The notes beneath the pieces are model-generated. The model was not told where the DNA came from. It did not search any database and saw nothing but the letters and a program-made list of their open reading frames with translations. A program made the translations under genes and the position numbers. From a virus (lineage: Duplodnaviria > Caudoviricetes): a DNA stretch of 54,610 nt. This document shows, in pieces, positions 44,749 to 54,461 of the stretch (the stretch's first letter is position 1; each line of letters begins with the position of its first letter). The stretch spans positions 1 to 54,610 of IMG/VR virus record IMGVR_UViG_3300011423_000010, one strand, 5' to 3'.

Positions 44749-45061
44749 AGTTAAAGATTTACAGAAAGGAGATGTTGTAATCCTATGTGCAAATGGGAGT
44801 TTGTTTGAGGCTAAACTATTAAGACAACCTAAACACTCAATAACAAAGAAACCTCTCAATTGGAAAGGTAGTCAGAAATGGTGTAGTATCCCTTGTCAGG
44901 TTAGACAGGAGAGTTTTACCTATCAGGTAGGATGGTCACCTAACACTAGAGCTTGGACTCAGACAAGATATGTTATAGCTGATGGTAAAGACTATAATCA
45001 AGAAAAGAGAATAAATTTCACAGATAGAGATTGTTGGTTAATTAAAAGAGAAGAATTATGA
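44738..45061 (+). CDS. SH3-like hypothetical protein, tandem paralog 1
   Basis: DL..GD...K.LR.PK.S...WLIKR. Confidence 0.65.
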   Translation: MKIEVKDLQKGDVVILCANGSLFEAKLLRQPKHSITKKPLNWKGSQKWCSIPCQVRQESFTYQVGWSPNTRAWTQTRYVIADGKDYNQEKRINFTDRDCWLIKREEL

Positions 45062-45324
45062 GAGTTTATTTAAATGATTTAGAAGAAGGAGATGAAATAC
45101 TGGTTCCTGTTGTTAATGAATTTAGAAGATACAAAATATTAAGAACACCTAAAATCAGTACAAAGAATCCTAGTAATTATGTTCCAGTGAAAGTTGCATT
45201 TCATAACTCCTCTATAACAAGTAAATGGAGAAGTTTTGATCCTTCAAAAGAGGATTTTAATGATACTCATTCTTTTGATTTGAATTACAAAATGTTATGG
45301 TTAATTAAAAAAGGAGAGAAATGA
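45058..45324 (+). CDS. SH3-like hypothetical protein, tandem paralog 2
   Basis: DL..GD...K.LR.PK.S...WLIKK. Confidence 0.65.
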   Translation: MRVYLNDLEEGDEILVPVVNEFRRYKILRTPKISTKNPSNYVPVKVAFHNSSITSKWRSFDPSKEDFNDTHSFDLNYKMLWLIKKGEK

Positions 45325-45710
45325 GCAAGCTAAAATTAAATATAGGAGGAGAATTAGAAACAGGAGATGTAGTAGGTGTAGCATATAATAACTGTGTTAC
45401 ATTTGGTTGGTATGTTGACCAAGGAGTGAATGGTTCTTTGAAATTTATAACATTAAATAAACCTAAATACACAGAAGATCAATATAAAGATTTTCTTAAT
45501 GGTAAAAATGTTAACTGGTTAGCAAAGAAATTTGCTAATGGATTACAATTTAAGAATATTGGAAAAGACTATATCATAGCTTTTGGGCCTCATGATAATA
45601 GAGCTTTTAAGATAGCAGATCCAGAAGAATTCTTTAAAGACAGTGCACAAGAAAATATGTATAAGGACAGCAAGAGAATATTAACGAACTTAAAATTTCC
45701 AGCAAAATGA
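45321..45710 (+). CDS. Hypothetical protein (LETGDVV SH3-like start)
   Basis: 129-aa ORF coupled to rIIA. Confidence 0.6.
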   Translation: MSKLKLNIGGELETGDVVGVAYNNCVTFGWYVDQGVNGSLKFITLNKPKYTEDQYKDFLNGKNVNWLAKKFANGLQFKNIGKDYIIAFGPHDNRAFKIADPEEFFKDSAQENMYKDSKRILTNLKFPAK

Positions 45711-47992
45711 TTCAAGAACGAATAGCACAATCAACAATTTTAGAAGAGGGTAAATCCCAAGGAACAATCGGTATGAGCTTAGACATGGATAGTGCTCAAG
45801 TACTGATGCAAATGCTTAGTAAGAATTTATATTCTGATCCTATAGGTTCATCTGTGAGAGAGTGTGCAAGTAATGCTTTAGACAGTCACAGAAGAGCGGG
45901 TGTAACAGAAGCTATTATTGTTTCTCTTAAAGTAAATGATGAGAGTAACTATGAATTTTCTGTAGAGGATTTTGGTACAGGTCTAGATGCTGATGATGTG
46001 GAGAACATCATCAGCAAATATGGAAAATCTACCAAGAGAGAAAGCAATACTGAAATTGGAATGATGGGACTGGGCTTTAAAAGCCCTTTAGCTTATAGTT
46101 CATCTTTCTACTTTATTTGTAGAAAAGATGGGATAGAGCGAAAATATATGATGTATGAAGGAGAGGATGTGAATACTATTGATTTACTTTTTGAAATTCC
46201 TACAGAAGAGAGAAATGGAGTTAAGGTTATTATTCCTGTGAAATTTCAAGATAGATGGGTATTTCATGAAAAGATTCAAGAGCAACTTTCTTATTTTGAG
46301 AGTGTTTATTTTGATGTGAATGTTCAGAACAATATTATTACCAATGAATTTAATATTCATAGAGCTGAACACTTTCAAATATCAGAAATGAATCAAGATT
46401 CTAGCATACATATCTGTTTGGATAATGTTTATTATCCTCTTGATTTTGCTAAGTTAGGTATTGTTGTAATTAATCTTCCTATTGGTTTAAGATTTGGTTT
46501 GGGTGATGGATTATTTCCAACTCCAAATAGAGAGCAATTAATCTATACCTCTCAAGCAAAGAAAACTATTGTTGAGAAATTAGCTTTAGTTGCTACAGCT
46601 TTGGTAGATAAGTATAATGAAACCAATTTAGATTGTAAAGATATTCATGAGATTTTCAATTATTATAGTGGTACTATCCGTAACATTACTATTGGTAATA
46701 CAATCATTGATACTTTTAAACTAAAAGGACATTCTACTTCTCAGTTTCAAAAACCAACTTATGCTAATTATACTCTTACTAACTTTGATTTACTTTATAA
46801 AAACAGAGATTATTTGTTTTATGAATATAAAGTTCAGCAACACTATGTGAGAGGACAATTCAGACAAGTTAATACTTCTTGGGAATCTACTTTACAATAT
46901 AATTCTGCTAGAAATATCCATAGAATATTCACTTATGATGAAGGGTTTGTGGGAAATAAGAAATCCTATATAAAATCTCTATTGCCTCTTAATAGCTATG
47001 AGGAAGTTAAGTTTATGAGGAAAACTAAAGAGTTCAGCCTTTTCAACAAGGATAGAAATCACACTCATGATAATTATATGACTCTTTTAAATCTAAGAGC
47101 TTATCCTAAAGATACTTGGAGAGCAAGAATCAAAGAGTTTCAGGATATAATTCATGAATTGACTAAAGATTATAAACATGTTGATTCTATCACCATTCCT
47201 CAAGCTTGGTTAGATGCAAGAAAGAAAAAAAGAGTATCTACAGCTAATGGTGGAACAAGGAGAGTAAAACTTCAGGGAGAGATTAGTGGTAAATTTGCAG
47301 ATGAACTACAGAGATATGTAAATGGTAAGAGCAGTAAACTAACTCCTACTGTTATAAAAGTAGCAGAGATTAGTTCTCAGCCTCTATTACAGGTTTATGG
47401 TAGATCAAAAGATGAAACCCTAATTGACCAACTCTATTCTGTTAATGGTAAACAAAAGATTAAATATTTTGTTCTATCTGAAAGAGAATATAAAGTAGCA
47501 GAATCTTTAGACTTACACAATTTAATTTCAATTGAAACTTTTATGGCTGGTAAAACTAAACCATTCAGAAGAATAGTTACAGGATGGTTAATTCACAAAA
47601 TGATGAAACAGTATCGTTTCACTTTTGAAAAACTTGCTCTTTTATCACCAATTAGTAAATCTTTATATGATGATTTAAAAGCATTGGAGGACTATAGAAA
47701 CAATAACTATGTTTCTACTGGTGGTACAGAAATATTTGATGCTATGGAAGTAATAGCAGAGAAACATAACTTGTATGATGAAACAGTTTATCCCGAATAT
47801 AAACACATTAAAGAGTTATTAGATGGTTTTCCTTTTATTAATACAATACTAGGAATGATGCCTTATGTTGGTAGTGATGCTGATAAACTTAAAAATAAAG
47901 AAGTTTTGACAGACTTGTTTAAGTATCACAAGATTAGAATAGACTATACCAATTACAAATTAGTATTGAACACGGAAGAAGTAACTATTTAA
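45707..47992 (+). CDS. rIIA: rIIA-like protein with N-terminal GHKL/HSP90-type ATPase
   Basis: LYSD...VRE..SNALDSH, EDFGTGL, YGKSTK...IGMMGLGFKSPLAY, TPNREQL; followed by rIIB-like gene. Confidence 0.85.
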   Translation: MIQERIAQSTILEEGKSQGTIGMSLDMDSAQVLMQMLSKNLYSDPIGSSVRECASNALDSHRRAGVTEAIIVSLKVNDESNYEFSVEDFGTGLDADDVENIISKYGKSTKRESNTEIGMMGLGFKSPLAYSSSFYFICRKDGIERKYMMYEGEDVNTIDLLFEIPTEERNGVKVIIPVKFQDRWVFHEKIQEQLSYFESVYFDVNVQNNIITNEFNIHRAEHFQISEMNQDSSIHICLDNVYYPLDFAKLGIVVINLPIGLRFGLGDGLFPTPNREQLIYTSQAKKTIVEKLALVATALVDKYNETNLDCKDIHEIFNYYSGTIRNITIGNTIIDTFKLKGHSTSQFQKPTYANYTLTNFDLLYKNRDYLFYEYKVQQHYVRGQFRQVNTSWESTLQYNSARNIHRIFTYDEGFVGNKKSYIKSLLPLNSYEEVKFMRKTKEFSLFNKDRNHTHDNYMTLLNLRAYPKDTWRARIKEFQDIIHELTKDYKHVDSITIPQAWLDARKKKRVSTANGGTRRVKLQGEISGKFADELQRYVNGKSSKLTPTVIKVAEISSQPLLQVYGRSKDETLIDQLYSVNGKQKIKYFVLSEREYKVAESLDLHNLISIETFMAGKTKPFRRIVTGWLIHKMMKQYRFTFEKLALLSPISKSLYDDLKALEDYRNNNYVSTGGTEIFDAMEVIAEKHNLYDETVYPEYKHIKELLDGFPFINTILGMMPYVGSDADKLKNKEVLTDLFKYHKIRIDYTNYKLVLNTEEVTI

Positions 47993-48003
47993 AAAAAGAA
48001 ATT

Positions 48004-49374
48004 ATGAGCAAAGATTGGATGAGCCTAGATTGGTTCAAAAAGAGAGTAGAAAATTCGGTAGACAGAGTGCTAGATGAAAGAATTGCTAAAAAGGTTGATA
48101 AGGTTTTGGATAAGCTTATGGAATCAAAAGTAGAAAAACCTTATTCTACTTTAAAAATGGTGAATAATAATTTGACTGTAGTTCTTTCAAATGGAAGTAT
48201 TCTAACTAAACCTGAAGCCACAGAAGAGCATTATAACAGGATTAAAGAAGCTACCAGTAAAGAAGAAATATTAGCTATTATTCAGGACAAAGAAGTTGCT
48301 AAAGAGAAAGAAGATCAAGTTAGAGAGGCTAAGAAAATAAGCCACCTAATTGATGGATTCAAACTCTTAGGCACACTTAAAGACTTTACTGTAGAAGATA
48401 GCACTGTTTATCTTAAAGGCACAAGTAGAAGTATACCACCTTTATTGGTTGATAAGTTTACAGAGGTTATTGGAAGATATGCCTCAGAAGCAGATATAGA
48501 GGATTCTTTGAGCAAGGATGATGAATATCAAGGGCTTAAGAATTTCTTCATGTGGTGTTGTCTAAATCCTAGAGCTGAAGTAGCTAAAGAATTGTATAGA
48601 TTCTTAACTGATAATAGCTTTAGAATTACTAAACAAGGTTTCTTTGTAGCTCTTAGAAATGTTGTGACAGTAGAATCAGATAATACTGTTGTAGATTTTG
48701 TTAGTAATACCTATAACAAAGTTAAAGCTGTTTGGAAGAAGAATCCATATGACTATATTGTATTAAAACTAGACTCAGGAGGGTTTGAATTACATCCAAA
48801 AACTAATGAATCTAAAGTTTTAGGAATAGGGAAATCTCTAGGAGTTCTTACAGATTTATATCTGGATTTGCCTAATATGAAGGAGAATAGATTCACAGAT
48901 GCTTGGACAGGTACTTTTGATATTAGAGTGGGACAAGTTGTAAGTATGCCAATGAAATCTTGTAACTGGAGTACACAAGATTGTGCTGCAGCAGGATTGC
49001 ATTTCACAAGTGATCAGATTCATTATGTAGGATGTGGAGATACTTCAGTATTAGTACTGATTAATCCAATGAAAGTAGTGGGAATTGGTAAACATAAAGG
49101 TAGATGTTATGAGTATCTTCCAATAATGACAGTTCCTAGATATGAAGCAACAAGTATCTTACATGATATTGCTTTTGATACTTTGGAACTAGATGAAGAT
49201 TATGCTGTTAATGAATTAGAATCTCTTGCTGAAAAAGCTAAAGAAGGATTTACTGCTGAAGCAAGTAAGTATGATTTTAATTTCCCTAGTATATCTTCTG
49301 TAGAAATCAACAGTATAGTATTATCCTTAAGTGAGATGAAAAAAACTATAGATCACAGGGTTATAAATTGGTAG
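48004..49374 (+). CDS. rIIB: rIIB-like protein
   Basis: NP......LY.FL....F.IT..G.F.A, TD..TGTFD..VG.VV.M...C......C.AGLH, INP..VV, KGRC.EY. Confidence 0.85.
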   Translation: MSKDWMSLDWFKKRVENSVDRVLDERIAKKVDKVLDKLMESKVEKPYSTLKMVNNNLTVVLSNGSILTKPEATEEHYNRIKEATSKEEILAIIQDKEVAKEKEDQVREAKKISHLIDGFKLLGTLKDFTVEDSTVYLKGTSRSIPPLLVDKFTEVIGRYASEADIEDSLSKDDEYQGLKNFFMWCCLNPRAEVAKELYRFLTDNSFRITKQGFFVALRNVVTVESDNTVVDFVSNTYNKVKAVWKKNPYDYIVLKLDSGGFELHPKTNESKVLGIGKSLGVLTDLYLDLPNMKENRFTDAWTGTFDIRVGQVVSMPMKSCNWSTQDCAAAGLHFTSDQIHYVGCGDTSVLVLINPMKVVGIGKHKGRCYEYLPIMTVPRYEATSILHDIAFDTLELDEDYAVNELESLAEKAKEGFTAEASKYDFNFPSISSVEINSIVLSLSEMKKTIDHRVINW

Positions 49375-49384
49375 TGGATTAATT

Positions 49385-49413
49385 AGGGAGTACCTAGTGC
49401 TCCCTTAATTTTT
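49385..49413 (+). terminator. Probable intrinsic terminator
   Basis: AGGGAGTAC-cta-GTGCTCCCT-TAATTTTT. Confidence 0.65.
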
Positions 49414-49419
49414 AATTTT

Positions 49420-50109
49420 ATGAAAAAATTAAAATTATATCATATAAGTGATACACATAGTTATCATGGTTTACTAACTATTCCTAATGGTATAGATATT
49501 ATAGTACATAGTGGTGATTTTTCTAATTACTATGATATTTATAAGAATGAGCCAGAAGCTTTAAATTTTCTCTATTGGTATGGAAGTCTTGATATTAGGT
49601 ATAAAGTATTGATTGCAGGAAATCATGATGCATTTGCCTTTCATAGAGGTAAAGAACTAAGAGAATTGTGTCAACAATATAATATTATCTATCTGGAGAA
49701 TGAATCTGTAACTATTGAAGGATTTAAATTTTATGGTTCACCTATTACTCCTGAATTTCATAATTGGTATTTTATGAAATCAAGACATAAATTAGATGAA
49801 TTTTGGAAAAATATACCTAATGATACAGATATTTTAGTAGTGCATGGACCTCCTAAAGGTATTTTAGATTTATCTTACAGTAAAGGAAATGCCTTAGAAT
49901 TTTGTGGAGATAAATCATTATTAAATCATTGTTTAGGTAGATTAAATTTAAAATTATGTCTATTTGGTCATATTCATAATAATGATGGAATTATAAATGC
50001 TGGAACAACTAAATTAAGTGTAAAAGATACTATATTTAGTAATGGATCAGTAGTAACAGATGGTAAATTTGGAATCTTGACAAGTCAAGGTAATGTATTT
50101 GAGTTATGA
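49420..50109 (+). CDS. Calcineurin-like metallophosphoesterase
   Basis: SDTH, HSGD, AGNHD, HGPP, FGHIH. Confidence 0.93.
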   Translation: MKKLKLYHISDTHSYHGLLTIPNGIDIIVHSGDFSNYYDIYKNEPEALNFLYWYGSLDIRYKVLIAGNHDAFAFHRGKELRELCQQYNIIYLENESVTIEGFKFYGSPITPEFHNWYFMKSRHKLDEFWKNIPNDTDILVVHGPPKGILDLSYSKGNALEFCGDKSLLNHCLGRLNLKLCLFGHIHNNDGIINAGTTKLSVKDTIFSNGSVVTDGKFGILTSQGNVFEL

Positions 50110-50504
50110 AAAAGCCAACTAAGAGAGTAAGCAAGATAGTAAAGCTAAGAAATGCTGGTACTATGTCAGAAGCTACATTTTGGCAGTTTATAAGAAATTC
50201 TCTAAGAAGAAGAAGCATAGTATGGAAACCTATATCACTCTGTAAAGAGAGATGTAAACGTAGATATACAGGAGTAAATAAAAGACAGAGATTTGAATAC
50301 CAATGTAATGTTTGCAAAAACTATTTCAAGGGTACAGAAATTGATGTAGATCATGTAATTCCTGTGGGAAGTTTGCAAAATGCAAACGATTTACCTCACT
50401 TTGTAGAAGCACTATTCTGTGAAGTAGATAACTTGCAATGTATATGTAGGAGCTGTCATGATGCAAAAACTAAGATTGACAATGTTAATACTAAGAAGAA
50501 ATGA
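50106..50504 (+). CDS. HNH endonuclease
   Basis: CNVC...DVDHVIP...NLQCICRSCHDAKT. Confidence 0.88.
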   Translation: MKKPTKRVSKIVKLRNAGTMSEATFWQFIRNSLRRRSIVWKPISLCKERCKRRYTGVNKRQRFEYQCNVCKNYFKGTEIDVDHVIPVGSLQNANDLPHFVEALFCEVDNLQCICRSCHDAKTKIDNVNTKKK

Positions 50505-50644
50505 TGTGTCTATATCAATATTGTGATCATTGTAAAACAGAACGCAACTTTGATCCAGAAACTCTTAAATGTAAAACTTGTAAAAATACAAACAATGGGA
50601 GTAAAAACAGTAATACACGTAAACCAACACAACATAAAAGCTAA
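50501..50644 (+). CDS. Small Zn-ribbon peptide (47 aa)
   Basis: Manual translation MMCLYQYCDHCKTERNFDPETLKCKTC...; ATGA-coupled to the HNH stop. Confidence 0.4.
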   Translation: MMCLYQYCDHCKTERNFDPETLKCKTCKNTNNGSKNSNTRKPTQHKS

Positions 50645-50831
50645 TAAGGATGGAAAGAATAGACCTGTGCTCACATGTAAGACCTATAAATCAAATGTAT
50701 ATGCTCATGAGGCTATTATATATGGTCAGGATGGTTTAATCGCAGCTAAAGTCATTTATTCTCCTAATAAGCCATTAAGTTGTGGTGCTAAAGTTTGGAT
50801 TGAGACTAATAATGTAATTAAAACTATTTAA
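50595..50831 (+). CDS. Conserved phage hypothetical protein
   Basis: IHVNQHNI.AN...P.LT.K....N.YAHE...YSP.KPLSCGA.VWIET. Confidence 0.7.
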   Translation: MGVKTVIHVNQHNIKANKDGKNRPVLTCKTYKSNVYAHEAIIYGQDGLIAAKVIYSPNKPLSCGAKVWIETNNVIKTI

Positions 50832-50833
50832 CT

Positions 50834-51895
50834 ATGGCGATTAAGGGAGTAAACAAAACAGCAGAAGAACGTAAGTATAGAACTATTGAGAAAGATTCTT
50901 CTTCCAGTCTAAAAGATTTCAGTATAGACAGAAGAAAGTATTATCGAAAGTATATACTACAGGAGAAAGTAGAAGATAAAGATAATCTTGCTATTTTAAT
51001 GGGTAAATTGGTTGAGACACTTTTGTTTGAACCAGAAGAATTTGATAACAGATTCTATATGTCATCCTCAGTAAACATACCTACAGGATTGATGTTAGAA
51101 TTTGTAGAGGGGTTGTATAAGTATTCTAAAGAAGCTACAGATGGATTTGGTGTAGTAACCAGACCATTTGATGAAATTGTAGAAGATGCTTATATATATT
51201 CAGGATTTAAAATTAGTAAAGTAGCTGTATTAGGTAAATTTATTGGCAGTGATGCTGAAATCTATTACAGAGAGATTAGAGAGGTTAGAAGTAAAAACTT
51301 AACAGTTATCACTAACCAAGATGTAACAAATGCTGAGAAGATAGTGGAAGAACTTCAAACAAATGAGTTTACTAAGGAGATAATTAATTGTGTCACCAGT
51401 AATAGGTTCACTGTACTAAATCAGTTTAAAGTTGATGGTTATGAACTATTTGGACTTGAATTTAAGTCCATGCTAGACAAAGTAATTATAGATCATGAAA
51501 AGAAAATAGTTCATATCTATGATTTAAAATGTACTTGGTCTGTAGAGAACTTCTATAAAGAATATTATCTGTATAGAAGAACCTATATCCAAGCCTTTCT
51601 ATATCACACAGCTATGATTTGGTATGTTCAACAACCAGGTAGTCCTTGTTTTGGATATGTTGTTGAGTATCCACAGTTCATAGTTTGTGATAGTATCAAT
51701 TACTACAGTCCTTTGATTTACACATTAGAAATGGATGATATGGCTGATGCTTATAATGGTTTCACTGCAGGAGATAAAAACTATCCAGGGGTTAGATCTC
51801 TTATTAGGGAACTTAAATGGGCAAAAGACAATGATATATGGAATATCAGTCAAGCTAATTATGAAAGCAAAGGGATTGTAAACATTAAAACGTAA
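50834..51895 (+). CDS. PD-(D/E)xK exonuclease (RecE/DUF3799-like)
   Basis: SSSSLK, G.LV..LL.EP, FKSMLDKV...IYDLKC...YIQAFLY. Confidence 0.8.
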   Translation: MAIKGVNKTAEERKYRTIEKDSSSSLKDFSIDRRKYYRKYILQEKVEDKDNLAILMGKLVETLLFEPEEFDNRFYMSSSVNIPTGLMLEFVEGLYKYSKEATDGFGVVTRPFDEIVEDAYIYSGFKISKVAVLGKFIGSDAEIYYREIREVRSKNLTVITNQDVTNAEKIVEELQTNEFTKEIINCVTSNRFTVLNQFKVDGYELFGLEFKSMLDKVIIDHEKKIVHIYDLKCTWSVENFYKEYYLYRRTYIQAFLYHTAMIWYVQQPGSPCFGYVVEYPQFIVCDSINYYSPLIYTLEMDDMADAYNGFTAGDKNYPGVRSLIRELKWAKDNDIWNISQANYESKGIVNIKT

Positions 51896-52446
51896 TGGAA
51901 TTAAAGAAAACAATAACCACAATTTTCATGGTTCCAACTTTAAAGATTCCTAAGGACAAACTAAGAGAAAATGGGTTTATAAATGGTTATGAATATGATA
52001 CTGAACATGAAGTTCCTTATCCTAATTCAGTCTATTTATTGTTTAAACCCAAAGATTTAGTTGTTTTTAGAGAATTTTTAGATGATGAATATGAAAGAAC
52101 AACCAATATTATAGAAGATTATGACTATAATAATGGTTTTGTAATTGTTGTTTACAAACTTAATAGTCAATATATAGAGGACTTTAACCTGATAAAACAG
52201 GGTAAATATTCTAAAACCTCTAAAAAGTTTCAAGCAGAATTTAGTAAAACAACAAGGATAGCAAAAGATGGTGTAAGTAAAGATGAGATTTCCTTACAAT
52301 ATAGAATTTTCAATAAGACCCAAGATTTAGTTGATTTTTGGGAAAATAAGTTAGGAGTAGTATTTGAACCAAATCAAGAGGTTTGGGAGACTTATCAGGA
52401 AGAAAGAGAAATATTAACGAGTACTAAATTAAAAGAATATGTATAA
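51895..52446 (+). CDS. Conserved crAss-like hypothetical protein
   Basis: F..P.L...GFIN.Y...YLLF.P...DF..I..GKYSK.S. Confidence 0.65.
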   Translation: MELKKTITTIFMVPTLKIPKDKLRENGFINGYEYDTEHEVPYPNSVYLLFKPKDLVVFREFLDDEYERTTNIIEDYDYNNGFVIVVYKLNSQYIEDFNLIKQGKYSKTSKKFQAEFSKTTRIAKDGVSKDEISLQYRIFNKTQDLVDFWENKLGVVFEPNQEVWETYQEEREILTSTKLKEYV

Positions 52447-52639
52447 TCAAGAGATTTTTAATAAGCTTGTGGAAAAATATGGTCCACATAAAGCAATTGA
52501 AGTATGTGATGTAGTAAGTGAGTTGTACAATATTAAGTATGAGAACTGTAAAACTCAAGAATGCTTAGAAGAGTATGCTTATGAGCGTGAGTGGTGGGCT
52601 GAAACTGCAATTAGCCTAAAACAACAACAACTTACCTAA
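52439..52639 (+). CDS. Hypothetical protein
   Basis: 66-aa ORF. Confidence 0.5.
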   Translation: MYNQEIFNKLVEKYGPHKAIEVCDVVSELYNIKYENCKTQECLEEYAYEREWWAETAISLKQQQLT

Positions 52640-52641
52640 TC

Positions 52642-52926
52642 ATGGAAGAATTGTTTGAACTATTTAAAGGAATGAAAATGACTTATCCAAAACATGAAGG
52701 AATTGTTTGTGGTTATAATGAAGATAATTTCATCATTGCAGTTGAAACTAAAAGTTTAGATTTCTTCAGAGCCATAAAAAAAGATGATGATTGCTTCATG
52801 TTGGATGAGTATAAAGACCTTAAATATAGATATGCATTAGAAGATGAGAGTGCTATAATGAAACAATTTAAAAAAGAAACTAATAATGGCAGCACCAAAG
52901 AAACAAGCAAAGGCTACATCAAGTAA
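52642..52926 (+). CDS. Hypothetical protein
   Basis: 94-aa ORF. Confidence 0.5.
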   Translation: MEELFELFKGMKMTYPKHEGIVCGYNEDNFIIAVETKSLDFFRAIKKDDDCFMLDEYKDLKYRYALEDESAIMKQFKKETNNGSTKETSKGYIK

Positions 52927-53941
52927 GCTTGAGGAAGCTATGGAAAAATTAAATAAGTCCTATGGAGAAGGAACTGTTCTTTCATTGAACAGTAAGGCAG
53001 CAAGTTATTATGAAATAATTAGTACAGGTTCTATAGGATTTGATTATATTGCTCTGGGAACAGGAGGATTTGTTGCTGGTAAAATCTATGAACTAATGGG
53101 TTGGGAAGGAACAGGAAAATCAACTATTTGTGGACATGCTTCTGCAAATTGTCAAAAGAAAGGTGGAAAAGTAGTTTATATTGATGGTGAACATGCTGTT
53201 GATAAGAATTATTTTGAAGCTCTGGGAGTTGATACTGATAGTATGATTTTTGCTCAGCCTAGTAATGGTGAAGAAGGTTTTCAAATTGCAATAGATTTAG
53301 CCAAAACTGGAGAGGTAGATTTAATTATAATAGATAGTGATTCAAGTCTAATGCCTAAGAAGGTAGTAGATGGTGATATGGGAGATAGTGCTATTGGTAA
53401 GAAAGCTGTTCTGAATAATGGTGCTTATCCTAAACTAAAAAATGCTTGTTCTGAGAACAATGTTTGTTTAATTGTAATTTCACAATTCAGAGAAAAGATT
53501 GGAGTAATGTTTGGTAATCCTACCACAACTCAAGGAGGACATGCTTTAAAGTTCTATTCAGATTGTAGAATGGAAGTAAGTAAAACCTTGGCTAAAGAGG
53601 GAGATGTAACTGTAGGTAATATTACCAAAATTAAGGTTGTGAAGAATAAAATGTCACCTCCTTTCAGACTAGCAAGTTTCAATATCATTTATGGAGAAGG
53701 GATTGATGTAATATCAGAGATCTTTGAACTAATGAATGAATATGAGTTAGGTAGAAAGTATGGACAGACTTTTACCTATGATGGAACTAAATATTCCTTA
53801 GAAGATTTCACAGATTTACTATCTGAAGAATCTTTTTATAATAAAATAAAGCAGGATATTATAACTGCAATAAAAGAGAGAAATAACAAAAACCCTAAAA
53901 TTTTAGTAGAAGATGAAAGTGAAGATCAAAAGATTGTCTAG
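52886..53941 (+). CDS. recA: RecA recombinase
   Basis: ISTGS, GWEGTGKST, YIDGEHA, IIIDS, QFREKIGVMFGNPTTTQGGHALKFY, VVKNKMSPPF. Confidence 0.96.
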   Translation: MAAPKKQAKATSSKLEEAMEKLNKSYGEGTVLSLNSKAASYYEIISTGSIGFDYIALGTGGFVAGKIYELMGWEGTGKSTICGHASANCQKKGGKVVYIDGEHAVDKNYFEALGVDTDSMIFAQPSNGEEGFQIAIDLAKTGEVDLIIIDSDSSLMPKKVVDGDMGDSAIGKKAVLNNGAYPKLKNACSENNVCLIVISQFREKIGVMFGNPTTTQGGHALKFYSDCRMEVSKTLAKEGDVTVGNITKIKVVKNKMSPPFRLASFNIIYGEGIDVISEIFELMNEYELGRKYGQTFTYDGTKYSLEDFTDLLSEESFYNKIKQDIITAIKERNNKNPKILVEDESEDQKIV

Positions 53942-54461
53942 TGAAGCAGTGCTCCCTAGATATATGAAAGCAGATGATAGTGGAATGGATTTAGTGGCTA
54001 CATCAAGAATCTTTGATGAAGACGGTTGTGTGGTTTATGGCACATCCTTAGCTATGGAAATCCCAAAAGACTATGTAGGTCTAGTATTCCCTAGAAGTAG
54101 TAATGCTAAGAAAGATTTAATTCTTAGCAATAGTATAGGAGTAATTGATCCTGGTTATAGAGGAGAAATAATGCTCAAGTTTAAACCTTCAGGATTCTTT
54201 GCAACAGATTTACCAGAAGAATTACCTTCTACAGCTACAGATGTTTATGATTTCATTTGTTTTCCAAAAGAAACTCCTGAAGATCCACAATGGGCTGAAG
54301 TGTATCAAATAGGTGATAGAATAGGGCAAATACTTATTGTTCCTCGTCCTTATATAGAATGGGAAGAAGTATATGATCTTTCTGTTACTGAGAGAGGTGA
54401 GGGAGGTTATGGTAGTACTAATACTAGTAATGGAGGGTTTGAAGGCCCTACAATAATGTAA
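53913..54461 (+). CDS. dut: Trimeric dUTPase
   Basis: SGMDL, PRSS, GVIDPGYRGEI, GDRIGQ, RGEGGYGST. Confidence 0.95.
   Translation: MKVKIKRLSSEAVLPRYMKADDSGMDLVATSRIFDEDGCVVYGTSLAMEIPKDYVGLVFPRSSNAKKDLILSNSIGVIDPGYRGEIMLKFKPSGFFATDLPEELPSTATDVYDFICFPKETPEDPQWAEVYQIGDRIGQILIVPRPYIEWEEVYDLSVTERGEGGYGSTNTSNGGFEGPTIM

Noticed and set aside
45707-47992. HtpG/Hsp90, MORC or gyrase B
   Set aside because: GHKL motifs are present, but the PNRE motif and adjacent rIIB-like gene indicate rIIA
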